Source of the DNA: Candidatus Brocadiia bacterium
Lineage (GTDB): Bacteria > Planctomycetota > Brocadiia > SM23-32
Assembly: GCA_046538485.1 (NCBI GenBank)
Contig: JBKHIT010000020.1
Coordinates: 1 to 64,000, forward strand
Length of the DNA stretch: 64,000 bases
Direction: 5' to 3'
In this document: in pieces, positions 1 through 9,630 of the stretch
How positions within the stretch are numbered: position 1 is the first letter of the stretch
Layout of the letters: each line of letters starts with the position of its first letter
The notes under the pieces: generated by a model
The model's database searches: none
What the model saw: only the letters and a program-made list of their open reading frames with translations
What the model was told of the DNA's origin: nothing
Translations under genes and position numbers: made by a program

Positions 1-17
1 CATTGCGACAACGGGGA

Positions 18-42
18 GGGGCTGGGAGAATCCCAGCCCTTT
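18..42 (+). terminator. GC-rich hairpin, possible intrinsic terminator
   Basis: GGGCTGGGA-GAA-TCCCAGCCC followed by TTT; upstream gene lies outside the window. Confidence 0.3.
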
Positions 43-329
43 ACCCGCTTCTGAGTCGCCCGCTTCGCGGGCTCTTTCCGGCGAAGGGGGCCCGGTATGT
101 TTGGGTGCGTGAACGGCGATTTTTTCTGCAAATATGAATAGAAGCCCATCTACTCCTGTGACCAACCGTCCTGGAATCTCCCGCAAAAATGTGGCCAATC
201 AATACCCCTATCCCGTCCCTGATCAACGCACCCTTTTTGATTTGCCAAAAATGCTGAAAACCCTATACTTCTCTCAAGTACAAGAAGTCTTCGTTAATCT
301 CGCCTTGCGTAAGAGACAGGGGACAAATT

Positions 330-1061
330 ATGGCACAAGAAACTTTCGATAAACTTTTGGATGGCGACTGGGAACTGGTTTTTGAAGATTCCGGAACGCA
401 AAATTGGCAGGACAATTGGTTCGTCGATGGCGAGCGCGCGGATATACGCAACACACCCGAGGGGATGGTTTTTTCCGCCGGACCGGTTGCCTACGATAAC
501 GGCTCCCATTCCGTGCTGTGGACGCGGGAATCATTCGCCGGCAACATCCGTATCGAGTTCGATTTTACCCGGCTGGATACCATCACGCGTTTTGTAAACA
601 TACTCTACATCCAGGCCACCGGTATCGGCGAAGAACCGTATACCGAAGATATCGCGGAATGGGCCGATCTGCGGCAGGTGCCGTTCATGTCGTCGTACTT
701 CAACAACATGAACCTGCTGCACATCAGCTACGCGGCATTCGGGAACCAGGACGATAAAGATGAAGATTACGTCCGGGCGCGGCGCTACCCGGCCCGCCCT
801 GATCGACCATTTGGAGAGACGGATCTTTCGCCCGACAATTTTGAAACCGGCCTGTTCCGCCCCGGAAAAACCTATCATATTTGCGCCATCAAAACCGACG
901 ATCACCTGTTTTTCGACGTACAGGGCGAAGAACAAGGAGACCTGTTCCACTGGCCTCTTAACGACGTGGAACCCATCGACCATGGACGCGTCGGCATTCG
1001 CCACATGTGGACGCGTTGTTCGCGGTATGCAAACGTCCAGGTCTGGACGGAAGAAAACTAA
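330..1061 (+). CDS. YesU/DUF1961 family protein (concanavalin-like fold)
   Basis: 243-aa ORF; HSVLWTRESF-x-GNIRIEFDF, NILYIQATG, LLHISYAA and GRVGIRHM resemble the YesU family; AGGGA upstream of the ATG. Confidence 0.7.
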   Translation: MAQETFDKLLDGDWELVFEDSGTQNWQDNWFVDGERADIRNTPEGMVFSAGPVAYDNGSHSVLWTRESFAGNIRIEFDFTRLDTITRFVNILYIQATGIGEEPYTEDIAEWADLRQVPFMSSYFNNMNLLHISYAAFGNQDDKDEDYVRARRYPARPDRPFGETDLSPDNFETGLFRPGKTYHICAIKTDDHLFFDVQGEEQGDLFHWPLNDVEPIDHGRVGIRHMWTRCSRYANVQVWTEEN

Positions 1062-1809
1062 GCGCCCTGGCGAAGGGGGACCGCTGCTGGGCCAGCCAAT
1101 CTACCAGGCCCTGAGCGGACTGGACTTCAGCCGGAGTACCTGTTCAGCCCAGAGATGCCGCTTCATGGGTCATTGCGAGTCCATCGCGAGATGGGCGAAG
1201 CAATCTCGTCGTTTTTTTCAGCCCGACAGCGAGATTGCCACCGACTCCCGAACAGAGCCGGGCGCAAATTCCTCCAGTTTCCTTCGGAAAAGTCTTTAAA
1301 GGTTATTGTGACATAAACCTCATGTCTGGTGTCAATCATTCTGTAAGCTTGCAACCCCGCTTCTCGACCGCGTATCCTGCAGACTCGAGTTCAGCTGAGT
1401 CCGCTCAGGCGGGCGAACACTAAAGGCGATGGGGTGAAAAACCGCTTCTTCAGGCTAAACCGCTTTCTCAACGGCTCTCAGAGCCGGATTTTAGGGTAAA
1501 AATTCTTTTCTGGCTATGCTAAGTCCCAACTGTGCCAATATTTCTGATCAACGCAAATGGCTCCAATACCTGAGTCAAAAAACTCGCGCAATTAGCGTGC
1601 CGAACAGTATTGATGATGTCCCCGGATATTGGTTCCCGTTCCGCAAGTCGTGGTTTTGATCCCTTTTCCTTCACACGACGGCTCCGCTTCGTGTTCTCAA
1701 CCGACCCTCCAGAATGCCTCTGGCACCATGCTGAACGAACATGCACCGTACATGAAACAGCCGGTTCCGCCCCTGTTGGCGAAACCGGCTGTTGGGACGG
1801 GACGACCGA

Positions 1810-2301
1810 TCAGCGTTGCCGCGGGACGGTTCTGGGTTTTTCTTCTTCACCGCCTCCGATTGCTTCCATCACCGCTGTGGTGACGTCCTTGGTCTCCACA
1901 TTATCGGCGGTGTACACCACTTCCGTGGCCACCAGTTTCAATTCTTCTTTCCTGGCGATGGTCGGAAGAGCTTTCTCCACCTTGTTCTCGAACTCCTCGA
2001 TCACCTCCTCCTGCTTCTGCTGAAGCTGCTGCTGGAGTTGCTGGGTTTTCTGCTGATCCCCCTCTTCTCTGGCCTTGGCCATGTCCTTCTGGACGGATTG
2101 GTAGGCTTTCATCAGCTTGGCCCGACCCGGATACTGCTGAAATGCCCTTTGGGGCTCGTAGATGCCCACAACGGTTTTTGCGTTGTCAGCCCCCTCAGCC
2201 CGGACGTGGGTTGCCCCTGCGATGGCAAGGACGGCCAGCGTGAGAGTGGCAAAAATGCTCAGTCGAAAGGTACTCATTGCAGTATTAGCATGATGGTCCA
2301 T
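1810..2301 (-). CDS. OmpH/Skp-like periplasmic chaperone
   Basis: Start placed at ATG 2301 (GAGGAG RBS); signal peptide, VVGIY strand, long Q/E/K coiled coil, C-terminal VVY...DVTTAV typical of OmpH. Confidence 0.7.
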   Translation of the reverse strand: MDHHANTAMSTFRLSIFATLTLAVLAIAGATHVRAEGADNAKTVVGIYEPQRAFQQYPGRAKLMKAYQSVQKDMAKAREEGDQQKTQQLQQQLQQKQEEVIEEFENKVEKALPTIARKEELKLVATEVVYTADNVETKDVTTAVMEAIGGGEEEKPRTVPRQR

Positions 2302-2439
2302 GTTTTGTTCTCCTCTGAAAACGTGAGATTGGTAGTTCGTGAGAAGTTCAGACCCCCGGTCTGCGCACAAGCACAGGCCCGAAGCCGCACAATTAGAGAA
2401 TCGAGGGACACTTAGTGCACGGAAAAATGGGCCAGCTGA

Positions 2440-2655
2440 TCATTCGGCCGGCACGGGGAGCGGCTGGGGCTCATCCTGGTCCTGTTCCTGTTCCTCCTTG
2501 GCAGGAGGCTGCTCGGACTCTTCCGGTTCAGGCAGAGCTTCGCGCTCCTCGTATTGCTCCGGCACTGCCGGTGATTCCTCTTCGCTGCATCCGAGGAACA
2601 CACCTGCCATGCCGAGCAACACCAAAACGAGGGCGGCACTTACTAGTTTTCGCAT
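2440..2655 (-). CDS. small acidic lipoprotein
   Basis: MRKLVSAALVLVLLGMAGVFLGC signal with lipobox-like FLGC, then an E/P/Q-rich tail; AAGGGG upstream. Confidence 0.6.
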   Translation of the reverse strand: MRKLVSAALVLVLLGMAGVFLGCSEEESPAVPEQYEEREALPEPEESEQPPAKEEQEQDQDEPQPLPVPAE

Positions 2656-2969
2656 CTGCGGCCCCTTTCTTTCGCGTGAAGAAAACGAAGATCTTCGTTT
2701 GCTCATAATCATGTGCTGTCGCGCAGCTTTACTTACATCCACACCTCCTCCCCCCCCATTCCAACGGCTCTGTGCTCTGGAGGGCCTTTTGTCGAACATA
2801 CCCTCCATAAATTTTAGTAACTTTTCAGCGAACTGAGCGAAATCCCCTTTCCAGAAACTCTTTTCCCGGTTTAATTCTATAGTATAAGGTAACCCTCCTT
2901 CAGTGTCAAAGCCAAAATCCTTGCTCGATCTCCATCTACAGGGCCCGCCAGAGCAGGAGATGGCCTTGA

Positions 2970-3251
2970 TTTTCCCTTCTGCGGGACGGGATAGATACTG
3001 CCAGCGAGGGAAGTCTCTCCAGGCAGGAGCTTACCTCCCGGAGAAAATCCCTTGAGGCTCGGCTGGATAAGTTGACCGAGAAGGACTGACAGCAGGAAGA
3101 CGCGGTGCGGCTCACCAAGCGGCTGAAGCACTATCGGGACGCCTTGTTCACCTTTGTCAATCACCCGCAGGTCCCCACCGATAACAACTACGCCGAAAGG
3201 GAGATATGGCCCGCCATGCTCCTGCGTTTGGCTTCCGCGCAGCTGCAGCTG
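2970..3251 (+). pseudogene. IS66-family transposase (TnpC) C-terminal remnant
   Basis: Frame reads ...RLTKRLKHYRDALFTFVNHPQVPTDNNYAEREI, matching the IS66 LFTF..P.VP.DNN.AER motif; in-frame TGA at 3087-3089; no N-terminus. Confidence 0.75.
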
Positions 3252-3275
3252 GTGCCGCTTGAAAAAAGCGGGTTA
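3252..3275 (+). repeat. IS/MITE-like terminal sequence (inverted copy at 55416-55439)
   Basis: GTGCCGCTTGAAAAAAGCGGGTTA matches the reverse complement of 55416-55439 at 23/24 nt. Confidence 0.55.
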
Positions 3276-3893
3276 CGTTGCGGGGCCACGCCCCCCCGAA
3301 AAGCATCGAAATGCCCTGATCAGCCTCCGGAGTTGCCACTTTAGATCGCAAAAAACGCTTTTTCCCAAAACGCCGCCCCGCACTCTCTCTGGCGGATGTG
3401 CAAGGGGATTCCGTATTGTGGTACACCGCGGGTGGGTACTATGTCCTGGCAAAGTTACTTTTTTGCCTTGAATCAAATTGGGGCGTCAATTATCCTAATC
3501 GAAGTTTGGCAGTTCGGCGCGTCGCGCGCACGCAACACCTTGAGTTTAGTCGATGCTTCCCGTGCTACCCGCCCTCCAGGCACTCTATTCCCTGTGAGAA
3601 ATCGAAATGTTTTCTGGGCAGTCGAAAATCCAGTTGAAAGACGCTGAGGCGTCACGGACCTCTGGAGAGCGTTCAGTCTGTGAGCATTTTGAGGCCCCAC
3701 GGACCATCGGAAGCAGCCGACTTGATTCACTTGCTGACACAACACATCTATGCCGACTTGGTATTGCAAGGAGGATGGGCCACGGGAATCGGGGTGTGGG
3801 GCCGCCCCTTGTTCGAACAGGATGTCATGCGCCTACTGGAGGGCATGCGGGCCGTTGTATTTTTATCGAGGCTGCCAGTAATGGAGAACAGCA

Positions 3894-5060
3894 GTGAAAC
3901 CGGGCCCCACACATGAAGAGAAGGTTCCGTACTGGACCCTTATATCGACGTATTTCCGGATTGGCCTGATGACGTTTGGAGGCGGTTTTGCAATGGCGAC
4001 CGTCGTGAGGCATGAGTTGGTGCTGAAACGGAAGTGGCTCAGCGAAAAGGAATTTGTTAATACCTTATCCCTGGCCACGGCCGTGCCCGGTTCCATAGCG
4101 GTGAATCTCGCCTTCATCGAGGGGAGACGTATGCGGGGGATGTTGGGGGGGGTAGGCGCCGCCATCGGCACGATTTCTCCCTCTGTCCTGGTTATTTTGA
4201 TCATCGCCCGTTTTGGGGCTCCATATTTTGACCATCCGGTGGTGGGGGCGTTCCTGAAAGGATGCGCTGTGGCTGTGGTCGGACAGATTGGTTTCGCCAC
4301 TTTCACCTTCGCCCGAAAGCTTCGGCCCCATTGGAAAAATGGCTTTATCTGTGGTCTGGGGCTGCTGGTGGTTGTTCTGGGCGCTCACCCCGTTCTGGCC
4401 GTTGTGATTGCGGGCAGCGCCGGTTACCTGTTGATGCATGAACACATGACCCCGCGGGAGAAAGCGGCCGAAATGGAAATCCTGAAAGTGATCGAAGGGA
4501 TCCCGGCCCAGGAACTCGTTGGCAGCGAATTCCAGACGGACATGGAGGATGTTGTCCGGGATGCGGATGATGGAATCACAGAAGAACTTGACGACATCAT
4601 CCGTCAGTGTCCCGTGCTGGATATCGAGCGGACAATGGGGGTAGAGAAGCTTCTTGACCTGGCGGCCGATAAACTGGCCGAAGATGTGTCGATCAGTGCC
4701 GAGGAGATTGCTGGAGCGCTGAAAAAGCGGGAGGCGAAAAGTCCCACCGTAATGACCCAGTACGCGGCAGTGCCACATGCGATTGTGGAGGACGGAGCGG
4801 GCTTTGAGATAATGATAATTCGCTCCCGCGAGGGCGTCGCCTTCTCTGACGACGCATCCGAGGTGAAGGCCGTGTTCGTAATAGTTGGTTCGCTGGAGGA
4901 CCGGGACATTTACGTGTCGGCTCTGGCATACGTGGCCACGGCGGTGGCGCAGGAGAGGTTCTATGAACGCTGGATGCTGGCGGAGGATACCGAAGAACTG
5001 AGGGTCACCGTCCTCTCGGCTGGCCCAGAGGTCCCAGATGATTCCGGTCCTTCTGAGTAA
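3894..5060 (+). CDS. chrA: chromate transporter (short-chain CHR) fused to a C-terminal PTS EIIA type-2 domain
   Basis: N-half: FRIGLMTFGGG, LATAVPG, GGVGAAIG (CHR motifs); C-half: LKKREAKSPT, AAVPHA, GVAFS...VKAVFVIVG (PTS_EIIA_2 pattern); GTG start. Confidence 0.8.
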   Translation: MKPGPTHEEKVPYWTLISTYFRIGLMTFGGGFAMATVVRHELVLKRKWLSEKEFVNTLSLATAVPGSIAVNLAFIEGRRMRGMLGGVGAAIGTISPSVLVILIIARFGAPYFDHPVVGAFLKGCAVAVVGQIGFATFTFARKLRPHWKNGFICGLGLLVVVLGAHPVLAVVIAGSAGYLLMHEHMTPREKAAEMEILKVIEGIPAQELVGSEFQTDMEDVVRDADDGITEELDDIIRQCPVLDIERTMGVEKLLDLAADKLAEDVSISAEEIAGALKKREAKSPTVMTQYAAVPHAIVEDGAGFEIMIIRSREGVAFSDDASEVKAVFVIVGSLEDRDIYVSALAYVATAVAQERFYERWMLAEDTEELRVTVLSAGPEVPDDSGPSE

Positions 5061-5075
5061 GGGAGCACAATTGCC

Positions 5076-5603
5076 ATGCACAAACTGTGGTTGCTCGCGG
5101 TAAGCTTTGCAATCATAGGCGTCGGCGCCTATGGAGGCGGACTGGTAACCGTTCCCCTCATGAACCACGAGTTGGTCAAGAGCCGACATTTGCTGCAGAG
5201 CGATGAAATGTCGGAGGTCGTGGCCATTGCCCAGATGACACCGGGCCCCATAGCGGTCAACGCGGCCACTTTCGTCGGATTCCAGGTGATGGGGATTGGG
5301 GGGGCACTCCTGGCCACTACCATTGTCGTCCTACCGGCCATTCTCGTTCTCATTCCGGTCGGTTACTTGCGGGAAACGATGGAGCCCAACTATCATTTCG
5401 TGCGCCTCCGGCGTGGACTACGGGCGGCCGTGTTGAGCCTGCTAGTTTTTGCCATCTGGTCCTACGGTAACCTCGTGGTCACCGGTTCTTGGGAATTCGG
5501 GATTGCCCTGGGGGCTTTTGTGGTCCTGACCATGTTCGAGGGGAAGGTCCACCCACTTGCCGTCATCGGGGCGGGCGGCGTAATCGGCCTTTTGATCTTT
5601 TGA
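5076..5603 (+). CDS. chrA: chromate transporter, second short-chain subunit
   Basis: IGVGAYGGG and AIAQMTPGPIAVNAATFVGF, classic CHR motifs; GGGAG RBS. Confidence 0.9.
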   Translation: MHKLWLLAVSFAIIGVGAYGGGLVTVPLMNHELVKSRHLLQSDEMSEVVAIAQMTPGPIAVNAATFVGFQVMGIGGALLATTIVVLPAILVLIPVGYLRETMEPNYHFVRLRRGLRAAVLSLLVFAIWSYGNLVVTGSWEFGIALGAFVVLTMFEGKVHPLAVIGAGGVIGLLIF

Positions 5604-5640
5604 GGGGCAGGCAGAAGGCCCGATCTACGGAGAAATCATA

Positions 5641-5790
5641 ATGAATGAGCGCAAACCGGTTGTTTTGTTCCTGTGCTCGCAAAATTCCTCCCGTAGCCAG
5701 ATGGCGAAGGCGTTTCTACAGAAATACGGATCCCTCCCGGCCGTAGCATCCGGGGCGGAGCCGGCCACGCAAGCTGAAGCCGAACCAGAT
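5641..5790 (+). pseudogene. arsC: truncated arsenate reductase / LMW-PTP family fragment
   Basis: VLFLCSQNSSRSQMAKAF P-loop then ASGAEPA; similarity is lost after about 45 aa (ORF stop at 5886) and the later V/ITMC and DP motifs are missing. Confidence 0.65.
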
Positions 5791-5972
5791 AAAGTAAGCG
5801 GCAACCTCTCTTATCAATCATCAACAATCTCCCGGACCGCAAAAAGATTCGAAGACTCATGCAACGCCATCAGCCCTGTACCTTGATTCCACACCCGGTT
5901 TCCCCTTTACTAACCATAGTGCTCTTATCTTCACGAAACTTTCCCGCCGCCCAATAAAATCCATCCAAAAGC

Positions 5973-8186
5973 ATGATCCGTGTCAGCAAAATTCTCGCTT
6001 CCATCATCACCACACTCCTTCTGGCAATCCCCTTTCCATGGAGCTGTTCCGCTATGGCAGCAGAAACCGGCAGACGAATTGTGCCCGAAAATGACCAGTG
6101 GCAATCTCTTACCTCTGTCGAAGAGCTGTGCGAATCGCATCCCGAATGCATCGCACTGCTGATGAACAACCTCGATCTCGAGCAGGCGGAGCTCAGCGCC
6201 GTCGCTAAAGCCTGGCAGCAAAAAGATGGCCCCGCGGCCTGCAGAGCGCTGATCAAGTACTACCGAAACCCCGAAGTGCAGTCCTGGTTGAGACCGGACG
6301 ACACAAAGAACGCCCCGGAAAAAATCATCGAGCGGGCCGACAAAATACGAAGACGCCGGATCGACCTGCGCGGTGGTCCCAGCACCATCCCCGCCACCCA
6401 CGGCGCGTGGGATTGGAACCACGCCGGACCTCGCAACTACAGGGAATGGGCCTTCGCACTCAACCGCCACCCGTTCTTCCGCTGGCTGCTAAAAGCTTAC
6501 CGGTCCACAGGTGACGAAAAGTACGCCGCCGCTTTCGATCGGATCCTGCGCGACTGGATACTTCACGTGCCTTGCCCCGGGGAAGAACACCATTACACAT
6601 ACACCTGGCGAGTCCTGGAAGCCGGCCTCCGGATGCGATCGTGGGTGCCAGCTTTCTATGCGTTTCAGGACAGCGACTCTTTCACGCCGGCCGCTCGAAT
6701 CCTCATGCTCAGTTCTTTCGTGGAGCACGGCTACTACATCCGGCAACACCACTGGGATCACCACAACCATGCCCTGATGGAACTGGACGGACTCAATCTG
6801 CTGGCGCTGGCGTTTCCGGAACTCCAAAAGTCCACCGAGTGGCACCGCCATGCCATCAAACAGATGGTCGAAGAGATGGACCATCAGGTCTACCCGGACG
6901 GCGCGCACGATGAACTCTCAAGCGGGTACCATTGGGTCTCGCTCTCGAGTTTCGAACGGCTCGCCGAGACCTGTCGTCGGGCGGACGTGAAACTGCGGAA
7001 GGAATACAGACAGGGTCTCATCGACATGTACGATTACTGGACGTGGCTGGTGCGACCGGACGGGACGCTTCCGATGAACAATCGCTCGGACCGGTCCGAC
7101 GCGACCCGACGGGTTCTCAAAGCCGATTCACACTACAACCGCCCCGATTGGACTTATGTCGTCACAAACGGGGAAAAAGGCGAAAAACCCGAGGGGCTCC
7201 CTTCGCGGTTCATGCCATGGGCCGGACAGCTTATCTCGCGCAGCGACTGGGACGAAAACGCCCACTGGAGTTTCTTCGATGTCGGTCCGGCCGGACACGG
7301 CTGGGTCCACGCCGATAAACTCCACCTGTCGGTCCACGCATTCGGACGCGATTTCCTCGTCGATGCGGGGCGTTTCTGGTATGAGCGCGATAAATGGAGC
7401 CGATTCGCCGGCCATTCCCGCGCCCATAACGTAATTCTCGTCGATGGGAAAGGACAGGAACTCGGTCCCCGTCGGGCTGAAAAACCACATAGTCTCCACA
7501 GCGTCACGTCATCCTTCGATTTCGCCATGGGTTCAGTCGATCATTTTGAAGATCTTGAAGGCGACGTTGAGCACACACGATGCCTGGTGTATCTGCGTGG
7601 AACAGGTTGGCTTGTCGTGGATCACATCCAGACGGATCGCGCCCGCGATCTTTCCCCTCTCTGGCATTTTAATCCCGACTGCGAGGTCGAGACCGACGGA
7701 GCAGACATCGTGACCGCCGACCCCGGAAATCCGAATCTGCGCGTGACACCGGTCGGTCCGGTTGACTGGGACGTTGAATTCATCCGGGGACAGGAAGAGC
7801 CGCAGGTTCAGGGCTGGTATTGTGAACAGACCCCCGACTGGGAACCGAACACGGTGGCCCGTTTTCAGGGTCGCATCGAAAACAGTGCCAGTTTTGCCTG
7901 GGTGCTGACACCCGACGATGCCGCACCGGCCGCCCCGGAGATTGAATGGCTCAAATCTCCCGAAACTGCGGCCAGAGTCAGGGTACAGTGGCCCGGCGGG
8001 CCCGAATATACTTTCACAATTGTCATGAACGGCTCCGCCTTCCCCGTTGAGCTCACCGATGGCCGTCGGCTCGCCGCCCGGATGCTGCTCGAACAACCCG
8101 GTGCAAAATCGCGGGTCGCCTGCGGCCGTCTGGAAAATGCTCAGGGCGCGATCCTGGCCTCCGACGCACCTGAGAAACGCGAATGA
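5973..8186 (+). CDS. secreted heparinase II/III-like polysaccharide lyase
   Basis: 737 aa; signal peptide; LNRH, NHALME, DGAHDELSSGYH, HADKLH, LVDAG, HSRAHNVILVDG motifs. Confidence 0.85.
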   Translation: MIRVSKILASIITTLLLAIPFPWSCSAMAAETGRRIVPENDQWQSLTSVEELCESHPECIALLMNNLDLEQAELSAVAKAWQQKDGPAACRALIKYYRNPEVQSWLRPDDTKNAPEKIIERADKIRRRRIDLRGGPSTIPATHGAWDWNHAGPRNYREWAFALNRHPFFRWLLKAYRSTGDEKYAAAFDRILRDWILHVPCPGEEHHYTYTWRVLEAGLRMRSWVPAFYAFQDSDSFTPAARILMLSSFVEHGYYIRQHHWDHHNHALMELDGLNLLALAFPELQKSTEWHRHAIKQMVEEMDHQVYPDGAHDELSSGYHWVSLSSFERLAETCRRADVKLRKEYRQGLIDMYDYWTWLVRPDGTLPMNNRSDRSDATRRVLKADSHYNRPDWTYVVTNGEKGEKPEGLPSRFMPWAGQLISRSDWDENAHWSFFDVGPAGHGWVHADKLHLSVHAFGRDFLVDAGRFWYERDKWSRFAGHSRAHNVILVDGKGQELGPRRAEKPHSLHSVTSSFDFAMGSVDHFEDLEGDVEHTRCLVYLRGTGWLVVDHIQTDRARDLSPLWHFNPDCEVETDGADIVTADPGNPNLRVTPVGPVDWDVEFIRGQEEPQVQGWYCEQTPDWEPNTVARFQGRIENSASFAWVLTPDDAAPAAPEIEWLKSPETAARVRVQWPGGPEYTFTIVMNGSAFPVELTDGRRLAARMLLEQPGAKSRVACGRLENAQGAILASDAPEKRE

Positions 8187-8600
8187 GTGGGAGGGACTGA
8201 AGAACCAGCGGGTTGCCCCCGGCCTTTGGCCTGCCTTCGGCAACCCTAAACCGGTGCTTACTCCGGATCAGGCAAAGTGGTGCAAAAACCAGTCCGTCGC
8301 TTCGTAGCGGTTGAACTGTCCTGGTCCCTTAATGAAAGTCTCTTTGCTGTGGGTTTCGGCGCGGCCATCGGCGAAAGTTTGATCGACTTTGGTTTCCTGT
8401 GCAGGAGACCAGGTACAGGTAGGCGCTCTTCCGCGCGAACTCGAGCGCGTTCTGAACTCCAGTCCGCTCGAGATCCGGTTCCTTGTTGGCCCAACGGCGA
8501 GATTGCCGCGGCGGCTACGCCGGCTCGCAATGTGACGTTTCAAACAGCTAACCTGGGACCGAGAAGAAATGCTTCCCCCCGGCACCGACAAAAATTGGCC

Positions 8601-8631
8601 TTGACAAACTGCCCCCTCGCGAGGGTACACT
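8601..8631 (+). promoter_or_regulatory. sigma70-like promoter with palindrome in the spacer
   Basis: TTGACA (8601) and TACACT (8626), spacer 19 nt (long); spacer contains the perfect palindrome CCCTCGCGAGGG (8614-8625). Confidence 0.4.
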
Positions 8632-8717
8632 GTTGTAAAGAAAGCAATCTTTTTGTATCGTGCTGCCAACCGCAATATGCCTGAGGCGAGGCATAAATTC
8701 TGCAAAAGGAAATTACT

Positions 8718-9521
8718 ATGCGTGATGGTGACAACGGCATGAAAAACCGTAAAGGGCGAGAATCATGGCCCGTCGGTTTTACCCTTATCGAACTCCTCGT
8801 TGTCATAGCTATTATCTCCATTCTGGCCGCTATGCTCATGCCGGCTCTCGAAAGTGCCCGGAAATCAGCGTGGCGTATCACCTGCGCAAACAACTTCCAC
8901 AACTTCGGCCTGGCACTCCGGTTGTATTCTCACGACTACGATGACTGGATGCCGATGGGAAAATATAACATTCCTTCCGCAATGCTCGCCGGCGGCGCCC
9001 ACGCCCTTCAACCGTACGGCGCCCGACGTAGCATAATGATCTGCCCCGCGCATTCCGACGCCGTGCCCGGCAAACGTTACAACCCCGACACCTACCCTGG
9101 CGATTCGGACGACGAGATATTCATCCCGTATTTTTACTACGGCGGCGCCGGAGCATTCGGCTACGGCAACCCGCTCTACGACGACGGAAGCGGCGCCTAC
9201 ACCGCTGACGATGGGTGTCCATGGTATGGCTGGCGCGTCGGCCTGGCGTTCCCACGACGCTCCGAAGGGCTCAGACCGACCCCGCGCTTCCGCATGAGCA
9301 AGAAACGACCCTGCTGGATCCCCCTTTCCTGGGATATCAGCTGGTTGCCCGGGGCCACCCCGCATTCTTTCCATGTCTCCTCGGATCGAAGCAATCATCC
9401 AGACGATGACGGTTTCTCGGCCACAGGACTGAACATGCTGCATGTGGGTTTGAATGTTCAATGGTATGACCTCGATCATGGCATCGGACCGGACCGCTGG
9501 GCACGTTACTACTACCGTTGA
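8718..9521 (+). CDS. prepilin-type N-terminal cleavage/methylation protein, DUF1559-like (copy 1)
   Basis: [32 protein letters not shown]...C..N; internal CP; C-terminal NH...GLNML variant; start may be 8739. Confidence 0.9.
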   Translation: MRDGDNGMKNRKGRESWPVGFTLIELLVVIAIISILAAMLMPALESARKSAWRITCANNFHNFGLALRLYSHDYDDWMPMGKYNIPSAMLAGGAHALQPYGARRSIMICPAHSDAVPGKRYNPDTYPGDSDDEIFIPYFYYGGAGAFGYGNPLYDDGSGAYTADDGCPWYGWRVGLAFPRRSEGLRPTPRFRMSKKRPCWIPLSWDISWLPGATPHSFHVSSDRSNHPDDDGFSATGLNMLHVGLNVQWYDLDHGIGPDRWARYYYR

Positions 9522-9630
9522 CCGCCCAAATGGACCTGCCCCTTAATCCCTTTCGCCGTTTTGCAGCACTGCTTTCGAAGCAGTAGACTTGCCCTGAGCC
9601 ATTTGACCCACAACTGAAGCGAATGAACCC

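Noticed and set aside
1424..1470. Possible fluoride riboswitch (GGCGATGG...AACCGC...GCT)
   Set aside because: Missing the complementary TCGCC and the GATGAC..CTAC 3' elements
3087..3089. In-frame TGA as selenocysteine or recoded Trp
   Set aside because: Lies in a fragmentary IS66 remnant; TGA acts as a normal stop in many genes in the window
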